Below are positions 19,803-29,603 of a stretch of 64,000 bases of DNA, piece after piece. Both the position numbers and the translations under genes were made by a program. This DNA comes from Candidatus Multivoradales bacterium (GTDB taxonomy: Bacteria; Acidobacteriota; Thermoanaerobaculia; Multivoradales; JAHEKO01), in assembly GCA_965248055.1 (NCBI GenBank), contig CBDFIJ010000004.1, positions 2,816,001-2,880,000 on the forward strand. Direction: 5' to 3'. Position 1 is the first letter of the stretch; each line of letters starts with the position of its first letter. The notes below the pieces were generated by a model. It made no database searches. It was not told where the DNA came from and saw nothing but the letters and a program-made list of their open reading frames with translations.

Positions 19803-20971
19803 AGGGCAACTTTGATCCCCCTGTGTGGAATTGGCCTGAGGAGCGCCGTTGGGTGCTGGCCGCCGCTTATGGGGATCGGCTGCCAGACAAGCCCGAATGC
19901 CGGAGCGAGCTACTGTCGCAAGCGGCCTCCTCGATGGGCCTTGCCGCACGGATCGCTGCTCGCTGGTCGCGAGATCTGGATAGACGATTGGACTCTTCGT
20001 CGGCGCTGGAATTTCGCCGCGCTCGTACCAAGGTCGAGGGGACCAACTTACGATTGGACGCTGGGCTAGAGCTGGTAGAACAAGAGCTTGCTGCGCTCGG
20101 GGCCGCAGCAGTTCTGCTCAAGGGGATGGCTTTGCGCCGTCTCGGGTGGTCGCCCGCTGGCGGCAGGCCGATGGTCGATATCGATCTGTTGCTCGATCCG
20201 TCTGTGGCGCGTCAGCTTCAGGTCCGGTTGCAAGCGATTGGCTTCGCCAGCGCGGTCGAAGATCTTCCCGGAAAACACTTGCCGACTTTGACCCATGAGG
20301 AGTTCGGCGTGATCGAACTTCACAGGGCGATTCCGGGCTTGGGGTCGCTGAACAGCCCGGTCGATTTTCAGTCGGTCCGAGATAGCCTGATCGAGAAGAA
20401 CGCGAGTCGCGTCTACTTTCCAGAGCCTTTTCTGCTGGCCGCTCATGCTATTGCTCACGGCTGGCTCCTTGAGGGACACCTGGCAGGGTCGAGGGTCTTC
20501 ACCATGTTGGGAGATCTGATGGATATCTCAGCCGCACAGCCTTTGGATCAATGGTGGAGCGATGCGATGCACTGGCTGCCGACCATGCCTGGGGTTGATC
20601 AGCAGGCGTTGCAGCAGATTTGCGCCGATTGGCGCGCGACCACGGACCTTTCTCTTAGCTCGAAGGATCGCTGGAACCCGGCAACCTGGGCCGCGGCGCA
20701 GCGCCGCATTGTTGACCACGCGCTAGCTTTGGAAGTCGACAAACACTATCGATGGAGTCTGCGCAGCCACGGCGTCTGGCGTCAAGGATCAGCCCGGGCG
20801 ACAAGCAAAATCCTGCATCTGCTGTGGCCCAGTGCAGAAGTGCTGATCGATCGTTGGGGAATACCGCCAAGAGTGCTGGGTGGCTCGGTGTGGAGACTCC
20901 GCTGGTTCGGACATCTTGCGGTATCTGGAAGCCGGTTCTTGTATGGTTGGTCGCGCACTAAGGTCGGCTAA
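19784..20971 (+). CDS. Nucleotidyltransferase family protein (NTP_transf_5-like)
   Basis: LLKGMAL, RPMVDIDLL, IELH motifs; start uncertain. Confidence 0.82.
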   Translation: MPGEPVKGNFDPPVWNWPEERRWVLAAAYGDRLPDKPECRSELLSQAASSMGLAARIAARWSRDLDRRLDSSSALEFRRARTKVEGTNLRLDAGLELVEQELAALGAAAVLLKGMALRRLGWSPAGGRPMVDIDLLLDPSVARQLQVRLQAIGFASAVEDLPGKHLPTLTHEEFGVIELHRAIPGLGSLNSPVDFQSVRDSLIEKNASRVYFPEPFLLAAHAIAHGWLLEGHLAGSRVFTMLGDLMDISAAQPLDQWWSDAMHWLPTMPGVDQQALQQICADWRATTDLSLSSKDRWNPATWAAAQRRIVDHALALEVDKHYRWSLRSHGVWRQGSARATSKILHLLWPSAEVLIDRWGIPPRVLGGSVWRLRWFGHLAVSGSRFLYGWSRTKVG

Positions 20972-21011
20972 GGGCTAACTTAGGCCGGAATTACGAGAAT
21001 TTGAGGACCCC

Positions 21012-21959
21012 GTGAAAGTCACTGAACATCTGCAGCGCGCAACCGAGCCGATGATTTCATTCGAGATCATTCCTCCGCTGCGCGGTGGAACTGCGACCGC
21101 ATTGTTGGGGTTGATTGACGATCTGGCGAAGTTCGATCCGCCCTTCATCGATATCACCAGCCACGCTGCGCAGGTGAGCTATGAGGAAACCGCCGAGGGA
21201 TTCCAGCGGCGGGTGAAGCGCAAGCGTCCGGGAACGCTGGGGATCTGCTCGTTGATTCAGCATAAGTATGGGATCGACGCGGTTCCCCATGTCCTGTGCC
21301 AGGGATTCACCCGCGAAGAGACCGAAGATTTCTTGATCGAGTTGAAGTACCTGGGCATTGACAACGTCTTGGCGGTTCGCGGTGATGACAGCGGGTTCGA
21401 AAAACCTCTGCGCTACGGGCGCAGTGCCAACCGCTACGCTTCGGATCTGGCGGCGCAAGTGCAGGCGATGAATCAGGGGAAATACTTGGAAGAACGGCTG
21501 TTGGATGCCGAGCCCTCCAATTTTTGTGTCGGCATTGGTGGTTATCCAGAGAAGCATTTCGAAGCGCCGAACCTGGAGGCGGATCTACGCCATACCAAGA
21601 CCAAAATCGAGGCCGGCGGTGAGTACATCGTCACCCAGATGTTCTTCGACAATCAACATTATTTTTCCTATGTTGAGTCTTGCCGCAGGGTTAGCATCGA
21701 GGTGCCGATTCTGCCTGGCATCAAGATCCTCAACTCCAAACGCCAGGTGACCTCAATTCCCCGCAATTTCTACTGCGAGTTGCCCGACGCGCTGGTCGCC
21801 GAAGCCGAGGCCAACCCCAAGCGAGTACTGGACGTGGGCATCGAGTGGGCCGCCCAACAAGCGCAGGGCCTGATCGACGGTGGTGCTCCAGCGATTCACT
21901 TCTACGTGATGGAAAGCGCGGAAGCAGTCGGTCGGGTGGTGGCCAAGCTCAAACTCTAG
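21012..21959 (+). CDS. metF: 5,10-methylenetetrahydrofolate reductase
   Basis: SFEIIPP, VPH, LAVRGD, GYPEKH, VTQMFFD, IHFY. Confidence 0.95.
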   Translation: MKVTEHLQRATEPMISFEIIPPLRGGTATALLGLIDDLAKFDPPFIDITSHAAQVSYEETAEGFQRRVKRKRPGTLGICSLIQHKYGIDAVPHVLCQGFTREETEDFLIELKYLGIDNVLAVRGDDSGFEKPLRYGRSANRYASDLAAQVQAMNQGKYLEERLLDAEPSNFCVGIGGYPEKHFEAPNLEADLRHTKTKIEAGGEYIVTQMFFDNQHYFSYVESCRRVSIEVPILPGIKILNSKRQVTSIPRNFYCELPDALVAEAEANPKRVLDVGIEWAAQQAQGLIDGGAPAIHFYVMESAEAVGRVVAKLKL

Positions 21960-22459
21960 TCCGCCGAACCAACCCATCTCCAGCGTCATCTCCCGGCTCG
22001 GCGTTTTTGACACGCTCGCATACATCAGCTGACCTAGATCAAACACCTGTGAGACAGCGCCGTTAGTCGCCGAGGCTGTGGGGGATGTGGGAATCTCGTG
22101 AGAGATTTCCAAGGGCTGTGGGAAGGCAAGCGTAGCTGGCTTTGCACCAGCCCATCATCATCCACAGCCTTGACAAGTAAAAAGGGGGCCAAGATCCTTC
22201 GGGTCTATCGAATAACCCAAAACGAAGGGAGGCCCCCAGATGCAAATCGTCGCACTCGATCCAAGTTTCTACAAGTACTACCGTGAAGACATCGTTGTCT
22301 TAGGCTCTCAGGCTCGTGATCGGCTGCGCTTGGTTGCGAGCTTCGAGCAACTACGCGACAAGGGGATCTCGGGTGAAGAAGCAGCTCAGATCTTGGGCAA
22401 GAGTCGAGCTACCCTTTACCGCTGGCGCAAACGCCTTGAACGTGGCCCCCGACATCTAG

Positions 22460-23775
22460 GAGCTTGCTGAAAAACCCCACCACCGGACCATAACGATTCT
22501 ATAATTGGGAATAGGAGGTTTTGATGCGTGGATCGGATCAAGGTCAGGGATCAATGTTCAGCTACGTTGACCTGGAACGGCGAATTCCTCGGTCTCATCC
22601 GTTGCGGCGGATCCGAAGTTTGATGGACGAAGCTCTTGGAGAGCTATCGGAGCGTTTTGAGACGATCTACGCTTCGAGTGGTCGCCCTTCGATTCCCCCC
22701 GAGCGTCTGCTCCGCGCATTGCTGCTTCAAGTGCTCTTCAGCGTGCGTAGTGAACGCCAGCTGATGGAGCAACTTGAGTACAACCTTCTATTTCGCTGGT
22801 TTGTCGGTCTTGGTATCGACGAGCGGGTGTGGGACGCGACGACGTTTTGCAAGAACCGAGAGCGCTTGCTCGAAGGTTCGATCGCGGAAGAACTGTTTGC
22901 AGCGGTGCTGTCTCAAGCCGAGGACCGTGATCTGCTGTCACCGGATCACTTCAGCGTTGATGGCACACTGATCGAGGCTTGGGCTTCGCACAAGAGCTTT
23001 CGGCCAAAGGACGAAGAGGTTAAACCTCTGGACGGTGGAGCGGACTTCCGAGGCCAGAAGCGGTTGAACCAAACGCACGCTTCGACGACCGACCCCGAGT
23101 CTCGGCTGTCGCGAAAAGGCCGTGGTAAGGAAGCAAAACTAAGCTACCGGGGCAACATTCTGGTCGAGAACCGGCACGGGATGATTGTCAACACCGAGGT
23201 CAACATCGTCACCGGCAACGGTGAGACAACAGCGGCTCTGGCCATGCTGGAGCAGCGGGCTAGCAATCATCGCGTCACGGTGGGTGCTGACAAGGGCTAT
23301 GACAACCGAGCGTTTGTAGAGAATGCGAGGAAGCTGAATGCGACACCTCACGTAGCGCAAAGCACCAAGAATCGCCGCAGCCGGATTGACCGACGCACCA
23401 CTCGCCACGCAGGTTACGAGATCAGCTTGGCGAGACGACCGAGAGTCGAGGCACCCTTCGGCTGGCTCAAACAGTACGGACTGCAACGCAGACCGATGTT
23501 TCGAGGCGTAGCCCGCATCGGTTGGTCTTTCACTTTTGCGGCAACAGCGTTTAACTTGCTCCGAATAGCCAATCTGAGCGCGCCAACATGACGAATTTCT
23601 ATCCCAAGTGCTCCTCAAATCGCTCGAATCACCCGTTAGGGCGAATCGAAGAGCTGACCCAAGGGGTCACCAACACCCTCAACTCGCCAGCCACCTTGAT
23701 TCGTCTCCACATTCAAAGTACTTCGACCGTTATGACCACTGAAATTAGCTCCGTTGCCCTTTTTTCAGCAGGCTG
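22460..23775 (+). mobile_element. IS5/IS1182-type insertion sequence, 1316 bp
   Basis: IRs GAGCTTGCTGAAAAA and CAGCCTGCTGAAAAA (reverse complement); CTAG TSD at 22456-22459 and 23776-23779. Confidence 0.92.
22524..23591 (+). CDS. IS5/IS1182-family DDE transposase, intact
   Basis: HPLR, GRPSIPPE, SVDGTLIEAWAS, GADKGYD, R.RVE.PFG; GGAGG RBS. Confidence 0.93.
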   Translation: MRGSDQGQGSMFSYVDLERRIPRSHPLRRIRSLMDEALGELSERFETIYASSGRPSIPPERLLRALLLQVLFSVRSERQLMEQLEYNLLFRWFVGLGIDERVWDATTFCKNRERLLEGSIAEELFAAVLSQAEDRDLLSPDHFSVDGTLIEAWASHKSFRPKDEEVKPLDGGADFRGQKRLNQTHASTTDPESRLSRKGRGKEAKLSYRGNILVENRHGMIVNTEVNIVTGNGETTAALAMLEQRASNHRVTVGADKGYDNRAFVENARKLNATPHVAQSTKNRRSRIDRRTTRHAGYEISLARRPRVEAPFGWLKQYGLQRRPMFRGVARIGWSFTFAATAFNLLRIANLSAPT

Positions 23776-24606
23776 CTAGAACCGATATCAAGCCGACCCA
23801 AGCGGGTGCGTAAGGCTGACTGGTCACCTGAATTGGTACAGAGAGTCGAAAGTCTCCGTCGAGACTTTCCTGCCTGGGGCAAGGAAACCCTAGCGCCGCT
23901 GATCCAGGGCGAGGGCTTTGAGGTATCAGAAGCCACTGTCGGGCGTATCTTGCGCAAATTGATGGATCGAGGGGTAATCCACCGGGTACGCTACCGGCGC
24001 CAGAAGTACAAAAACTCCCGGCGTATGCGCCGGCTCCACGCTCAGCGACTGCCGAAATGGTGTCCCCGACCAACGCGCCCTGGCGAGCGACTGCAGATCG
24101 ACACGCTGCATCTGGTCCCTGCTCCAGGCAAGTGGCTCAAACACTTTTCAGCCTCCTGTCCGGTCAGCCGGTGGACAGTGGGAGAGATCTATCAACGTGC
24201 CACTTCTCGCTGTGCAGCACGCTTTCTAGACAAAGTCATTGCCGAGTGTCCGTTTGACATCACCTCGATCCAAGTGGACGGTGGTAGTGAATTTATGGAT
24301 GAATTTGAGAAAGCCTGCCGAGATAGAGGCATCACCCTCTATGTGCTGCCGCCAAAGAGTCCGAAGCTCAACGGCACCGTCGAACGAATGCAGGAAACCT
24401 GGAGAGGAGAGTTTTATGAAATGTATGAGCTACCCGATACTGTCTCGGCTTTGAGACCTTACATCCAGAGATTCCAGGACCTCTACAACACCTACAGGCC
24501 GCACAAGAGCTTGAAAAGAAAACCCCCGGCAAGGTACCTTAGAAAGCTCGACCCAGGGGTCGTGCTCCCGCCGACTGTCTCAAAGGTACTGATCTAGGAC
24601 ATCAGC

Positions 24607-24636
24607 TTGACAGCGGGCGCCGTGAGTCATTAGGTT
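24607..24636 (+). promoter_or_regulatory. Putative sigma70 promoter of the riboswitch-metH leader
   Basis: TTGACA-N18-TAGGTT just before the aptamer. Confidence 0.5.
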
Positions 24637-24640
24637 TAGC

Positions 24641-24760
24641 CTGCATCAAGAGCGTTCGGGTGACCGAACGCGGCAACCTGGGAAGGACACCCAAGGTGCC
24701 AACCCGCCAACCCGCGGTGGGGATGTGGTCGGCCACGGTAAGCCGGTAACGAAGGTCCCA
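24641..24760 (+). ncRNA. SAM riboswitch, SAM-I/IV-type architecture
   Basis: Core ATCAAGAG...CGGCAACC...AGGTGCCAA...GATG. P2 is a plain CGTTCGG-GTGA-CCGAACG hairpin with no kink-turn. L3 GGAC is complementary to 3' GTCC (PK-2). Located upstream of metH. Confidence 0.85.
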
Positions 24761-24768
24761 AATCTTAC

Positions 24769-24797
24769 CCGTGCCGATTCTTGTGGCACGGTTTTTT
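24769..24797 (+). terminator. Intrinsic terminator of the riboswitch expression platform
   Basis: CCGTGCC-loop-GGCACGG followed by T6. Confidence 0.85.
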
Positions 24798-24840
24798 GTA
24801 TTTGGAGATGCCTAGTTGACGTTTGAGGTGTGAGGAATCA

Positions 24841-27800
24841 ATGAGCAGTATTGAAATCGATACCGAATCGCTAGTTGCGGAGTCCATAGTTCCAGAAACG
24901 CTAGCCCCACCGAGCGATCTGAAACAGCGCCAAGCCTCTTTGGCGGATGCGCTCCAAGAGCGGATCTTGGTGTTGGACGGTGCCACCGGGACAGCACTGC
25001 AAGACGCTGATCTTCAGCCCACTGACTTCGGGCGAGCCGAGTGGGAGGGTTGTAACGAGGCACTGTGTGAGACCAGGCCAGACGTCATTCTCGGGGTACA
25101 CCGCATCTATCTGAACGCGGGTGCGGACATTGTTGAGACCAATTCTTTTGGCAGCACGCCCTTGGTGCTGGCGGAATTCGATGTGGCGGAGAAGGCATTT
25201 GATTGGAGTCGACTGTCCGCGCAGCTCGCACGCCAAGCAGTGGCCGAGGTTGCCGCACAACGGACTGCCTTTGTCTGCGGTTCAATGGGACCAACAACCA
25301 AGGCGCTGTCGGTCACCGGGGGCGTTAGCTATGACCAACTGGTTCAGCACTTCTGCGTTCAAGCGTGCGGGTTGATGGCTGGTGGTTGTGATTATATTCT
25401 GATCGAAACCTGCCAGGACACGCTCAACATCAAGGCGGCGGTGGAAGGAGTTCGTGGCGCCGTCGCCAAATGCGGCTGGAGCATCCCAATTGCCGTCTCG
25501 GTGACCATCGAAACTAGCGGCACCATGCTCGCCGGACAAGATGCCGAAGCTCTGGCAGTCTCGCTGGCACACCTTGATCTGCTCTATTTAGGGCTCAACT
25601 GCGCCACAGGTCCGGACTTGATGGCGGACTCGCTGCGCACTCTCTCAGAGCTGGCGCGGGTGCCGGTTGCCTGTGTCCCCAATGCTGGGCTACCAGACGA
25701 GAATGGCATCTACCAACAGCGACCGGCGGACTTTGTCGAGGCGTTTTCCAGATTTCTCGACCAGGGGTGGGTTAATTTGGTTGGCGGTTGCTGTGGCACC
25801 GAAGCGGAGCACGTGCGAGCGCTCGCAGACCTAGTGCGAGGCCGCACGCCGAGGCCACTGGCGGTTCATTCACGTCGCTTGGTGTCTGGAATCGAGGCGG
25901 CGGAACTCGACGCCGACAGTCGCCCTCTGCTGGTAGGGGAACGGACCAACATTTTGGGCAGCAGGAAGTTTCGAGGTCTGATCGCATCCGGAGACTTTGA
26001 GACCGCCGCCGAGGTCGGGCGTTCTCAAGTTCGAGGTGGCGCCCAGGTGGTTGATGTATGCCTGCAAGATCCGGAGCGCGATGAAGCCGCAGAAATGAAG
26101 CAATTCTTGACAGTGCTGACCAAGAAGGTGCGAGCACCGTTGATGATCGACACCACCGATCCAGAGGTGATGGCGGTGGCTCTCCGCCTATGCCAGGGAA
26201 AGGCGGTACTCAATTCGGTCAATCTAGAAGACGGCGAAGAACGTTTTCTCCGGGTCGTGGCTCTGGCTCTCAAGAATGGAGCTGCGATGATCGTCGGCCT
26301 GATCGACGAGCAAGGGATGGCGGTCTCGGTGGAACGTAAGATCGAGGTCGCTCAGCGATCGGTAGATGTCATGCGTCGTGAAGGAGTTCGAGATGAAGAC
26401 GTCTGGTGGGACGCCTTGGTCTTTCCTTGCGGCACCGGAGACCCTGAGTACGTTGGTTCAGCGGCCGCGACGCTGGCCGGTGTCGAGCGACTGAAAAGCG
26501 AATTTCCTCTCTCGTCAACCGTACTCGGCGTTTCCAATATCAGCTTTGGGTTGCCGCTGCCAGGGCGCGAGGTATTGAATTCCGTGTTCTTGCATCGCGC
26601 GACGCTGGCCGGTTTGGACGCCGCGATCGTCAACACTGAGAGACTCGCCCGATTTGCCGAGATCGCCTCTGAGGACCGGAATCTGTGCGACCAACTGCTG
26701 AATCTGCAGGCGGGTGAAACCGAGAAGGCCGATACCGCGGTCCAGGAATTCACCGCCCATTTTCGCACTCGCAAAGTGGTGGCGACCAAACCGCGTAGTG
26801 AAATGCCACTGGCAGAGCGGCTGGCCAATGCGGTGATCGAGGGGAGTCGCGAGTTCCTGGTCGAAGATCTGGAGGTGGCCTTGTCTGAAGAGCAGTGGCC
26901 AACCCCGCTAGCAGTGATCAACGGCCCGTTGATGACCGGAATGGATGAGGTCGGGCGGCGATTCAACGCCAATGAGCTGATCGTTGCCGAGGTGCTGCAG
27001 AGCGCCGAAGTGATGAAGGGCGCGGTCGACTACTTGGAACCCTTCATGGACAAGGACGAAACCGCCTCGCGCGGCCGCGTGCTATTGGCGACCGTCAAGG
27101 GCGACGTTCATGACATCGGCAAGAATCTGGTCGATATTGTGCTTTCAAACAACGGCTTCGAGGTGGTCAATCTTGGCATCAAGGTGCCGAGCGAGACTTT
27201 GATTCAAGCCGCGCGGGAACACCAACCCGATCTCATCGGTCTTTCAGGCCTGTTGGTCAAGAGCGCTCACCAAATGGTAGCTACCGCGTCGGACTTGCGT
27301 GCGGCTGGAGTCGAGGCACCACTGTTGGTGGGAGGGGCTGCATTGTCGCGCCGTTTTACCCATCAACGAATCGCGACCGAGTACGCTGGTCTGTGCACCT
27401 ACGCCAAAGACGCAATGCACGGATTGGAGTTGGTGCGCCGCATTCTGGACCCAGCTCTGCGTTCGGAGTTGGATGGCGAAGTGGCTGAAGCCCAAGCCAC
27501 CGATCGAGCACAAGGGGTGGGGTCAACGCGCATCAGCAACGCCCGTCGCGCTGCCAAGCCGAAGATTGACAACGATTTTGCTGCACCAGTGCCACCCGAT
27601 TTGCGGTTGCACCGAGAGAACTTCGCGGTCGAAGACATCTGGCCTTGGGTTAATCCACAAATGCTGTATGGCAAGCATCTTGGCCTGCGCGGTTCGGTGG
27701 CCAAACTCGCCCAACAGCAGGATGGAAAGCACCAGTTGTTGCAAGCTGCGGTGCAACAAGCGCAAGCGGACTGGAAGGAGCATCAATTCGAGGTGCGCGG

Positions 27801-28365
27801 CGTGTGGCGCTTCGTGGCGGCAAGACGCGACCAGGATCAAATACTGTTGAGTTTGCCGGAGTATCACTCGCTGGTGGGTTGGAGTTTTTCGCGCCGGGCC
27901 GAGTCCGATCAGCTCTCGTTGGTCGACTACATTCTTCCCGAGGATCATTTGGCGCTGTTCGCGGTAACCGTCGATCGGCGAGTGGCAGAGCGCTCCCGAG
28001 TTCTAAAAGACGCCGGGGAGTATTTGGCGAGCCACACCTTGGCGGCGTTGGCGTTAGAGACTGCCGAGGCGGCAGCCGAATTCTTGCATCGCAATCTGCG
28101 CCAAGCGTGGGGCTTTGGAGATCCTGAGTCAACGACTGTGGCTGATGTGATCAAGGGCCGGTATCGCGGCCGTCGATACAGCTTCGGCTATCCAGCGTGC
28201 CCGGATCTTGAGGGGCAGCGGTTGCTGCTCGAAGTGCTAGATGCGCCGTCGATTGACCTTCAGCTGACCGATGGCGACATGATGGACCCGGAAGCGTCGG
28301 TTTCGGCTTTGGTATTCCATCACCCGGAAGCCAAGTACTTCGGTGTCGCCGAAGGCCTAGATTAA
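24841..28365 (+). CDS. metH: Cobalamin-dependent methionine synthase
   Basis: LDGATGT, GLNC, GGCCGT, GERTN, DVHDIG B12 motif, RYSFGYPACPDL; ATG 24841 after GAGGA. Confidence 0.97.
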   Translation: MSSIEIDTESLVAESIVPETLAPPSDLKQRQASLADALQERILVLDGATGTALQDADLQPTDFGRAEWEGCNEALCETRPDVILGVHRIYLNAGADIVETNSFGSTPLVLAEFDVAEKAFDWSRLSAQLARQAVAEVAAQRTAFVCGSMGPTTKALSVTGGVSYDQLVQHFCVQACGLMAGGCDYILIETCQDTLNIKAAVEGVRGAVAKCGWSIPIAVSVTIETSGTMLAGQDAEALAVSLAHLDLLYLGLNCATGPDLMADSLRTLSELARVPVACVPNAGLPDENGIYQQRPADFVEAFSRFLDQGWVNLVGGCCGTEAEHVRALADLVRGRTPRPLAVHSRRLVSGIEAAELDADSRPLLVGERTNILGSRKFRGLIASGDFETAAEVGRSQVRGGAQVVDVCLQDPERDEAAEMKQFLTVLTKKVRAPLMIDTTDPEVMAVALRLCQGKAVLNSVNLEDGEERFLRVVALALKNGAAMIVGLIDEQGMAVSVERKIEVAQRSVDVMRREGVRDEDVWWDALVFPCGTGDPEYVGSAAATLAGVERLKSEFPLSSTVLGVSNISFGLPLPGREVLNSVFLHRATLAGLDAAIVNTERLARFAEIASEDRNLCDQLLNLQAGETEKADTAVQEFTAHFRTRKVVATKPRSEMPLAERLANAVIEGSREFLVEDLEVALSEEQWPTPLAVINGPLMTGMDEVGRRFNANELIVAEVLQSAEVMKGAVDYLEPFMDKDETASRGRVLLATVKGDVHDIGKNLVDIVLSNNGFEVVNLGIKVPSETLIQAAREHQPDLIGLSGLLVKSAHQMVATASDLRAAGVEAPLLVGGAALSRRFTHQRIATEYAGLCTYAKDAMHGLELVRRILDPALRSELDGEVAEAQATDRAQGVGSTRISNARRAAKPKIDNDFAAPVPPDLRLHRENFAVEDIWPWVNPQMLYGKHLGLRGSVAKLAQQQDGKHQLLQAAVQQAQADWKEHQFEVRGVWRFVAARRDQDQILLSLPEYHSLVGWSFSRRAESDQLSLVDYILPEDHLALFAVTVDRRVAERSRVLKDAGEYLASHTLAALALETAEAAAEFLHRNLRQAWGFGDPESTTVADVIKGRYRGRRYSFGYPACPDLEGQRLLLEVLDAPSIDLQLTDGDMMDPEASVSALVFHHPEAKYFGVAEGLD

Positions 28366-28793
28366 CCACCGCTGCCGAGTGCTCGCCAGCGGCGCTTCAA
28401 GGCGGCGATGGCGAAACCCAGATAGCGCAGAATCGCCTGGCTTCGGTGCGCAAGGGGAACGTTCGCTGCTTCCTTTCGATTGGTTCCCGAGACCACTTTG
28501 CCGAGCACCTGTTTCACGGCTACTGGGTGATCGATGCTGGGGCTGGCATCTCCAGCAGTGACCACAGAAAGCTGTCCACGAAAGGGACGCCAGCCCAGGA
28601 GTCGGTGAACCAGAAGGCCGTTTTCTCCTTCGACCACGATCACATCACCCGGTAGATAGATCTTTTTTCGTTGTACCTTTAGTAAGTCTCCTTCGACGAT
28701 CCACGGCGCCATACATTGGTTGCGTGCGGTGGCGTCAAAGGTGGAGAATCGCGCCTCGGTCAATTTGCTGGAAAGTGTTCGCCGAGAATTCAT
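28362..28793 (-). CDS. S24/S26-like peptidase, Cys-His variant
   Basis: CMAPWIVEGD, GDVIV, VHRLL, TAGDA, D.PV, LGKV pattern; start is 28793 or 28811. Confidence 0.75.
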   Translation of the reverse strand: MNSRRTLSSKLTEARFSTFDATARNQCMAPWIVEGDLLKVQRKKIYLPGDVIVVEGENGLLVHRLLGWRPFRGQLSVVTAGDASPSIDHPVAVKQVLGKVVSGTNRKEAANVPLAHRSQAILRYLGFAIAALKRRWRALGSGG

Positions 28794-28950
28794 GGGTACA
28801 TAGAAGGTCACTGATCTGACGGTGGGCTACATCGCGGCCTGGACCTGTCAGTCTACGGCGTGGTCAAGCAAAAGCCTACGCAAAGACCCTGAATCGCAGC
28901 AATCCTGACTCGCAACAGTTTTGAATTTATGGTGTTCAATCGGGTTGTTT

Positions 28951-28972
28951 TCCTACCGATCGTTCGGTAGGA
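28951..28972. promoter_or_regulatory. Probable TetR operator
   Basis: Perfect IR TCCTACCGA-N4-TCGGTAGGA, 10 nt before the tetR ATG. Confidence 0.7.
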
Positions 28973-28982
28973 TTTGCGGCCC

Positions 28983-29603
28983 ATGACCTCGAAGGCCAAC
29001 AGTCCCAAGCCAAACACTTTGGAGACCTTGCGCAGCACCGCTTCGATGCTTTTTTCGCAGCGTGGTTATGCGGGCACTTCGATGTCTCGAATCGCAGAAT
29101 CGGTGGGGGTGCGCAAGGCGAGTCTGTACAACTACTACGACTCCAAAGAAGCGCTTTTGGAGGACTTAGTCGAGCGGGGGATGGAAGCGTGGAGTGAGGC
29201 TTGCCACGGCTGCTTGGAAGGTGCGGAAAACCCGCCGGAGCAATTGCGCACCTATTTCTACGCCATCTTCGCTTTTGTCGACGCTCATCCGGAGACCGCG
29301 GCGTTGATCCGAGTGGCCTCGATGCAGATCGGCGGTGCCTTGGGCGAGCATTTTCGTCGGCCGGTGCTGGAGGAAAAGGAACAGATGGTCAACGATGTTG
29401 CCAGGTTGTGCCAAGTGGCGATGAAACGGGGCCAGATGGCGCCGGCCAATCCGCGCGAACTGGCTCTCTTTTGGACCGCCACAGTGGACGGTATTTTGAT
29501 CGACAAACTCTTTGCAACTGCGTGGGCGCGGGAATATCAAGAGGGGCTTGAAAAACTGTGGCAACGATTGTGGGTGGCGGTGGGAGGCGTAGATGCGTCA
29601 TAG
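28983..29603 (+). CDS. TetR/AcrR-family regulator
   Basis: FSQRGYAGTSMSRIAESVGVRKASLYNYYDSKE HTH. Confidence 0.93.
   Translation: MTSKANSPKPNTLETLRSTASMLFSQRGYAGTSMSRIAESVGVRKASLYNYYDSKEALLEDLVERGMEAWSEACHGCLEGAENPPEQLRTYFYAIFAFVDAHPETAALIRVASMQIGGALGEHFRRPVLEEKEQMVNDVARLCQVAMKRGQMAPANPRELALFWTATVDGILIDKLFATAWAREYQEGLEKLWQRLWVAVGGVDAS

Larger units (their letters stand above)
22240..24597 (+). pseudogene. IS481-like transposase (HTH plus integrase core) disrupted by insertion
   Basis: Joining 22240-22459 to 23780-24597 restores a 345-aa frame (RHLEPISSRPKRVRK); LQIDT, QVDGGSEF, NGTVER DDE motifs. Confidence 0.9.
22030..24601 (+). mobile_element. IS481-family element interrupted by a nested IS
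   Basis: Imperfect IRs: TGACCTAGATCAAACACCTGTGAGACAG on the left, TGTCCTAGATCAGTACCTTTGAGACAG as reverse complement on the right. 5-bp TSD TCAGC at 22025-22029 and 24602-24606. Confidence 0.88.

Noticed and set aside
21982-21994. 13-bp inverted match to array positions 50460-50472
   Set aside because: Too short; matches of this length are expected by chance in 64 kb of GC-rich DNA.
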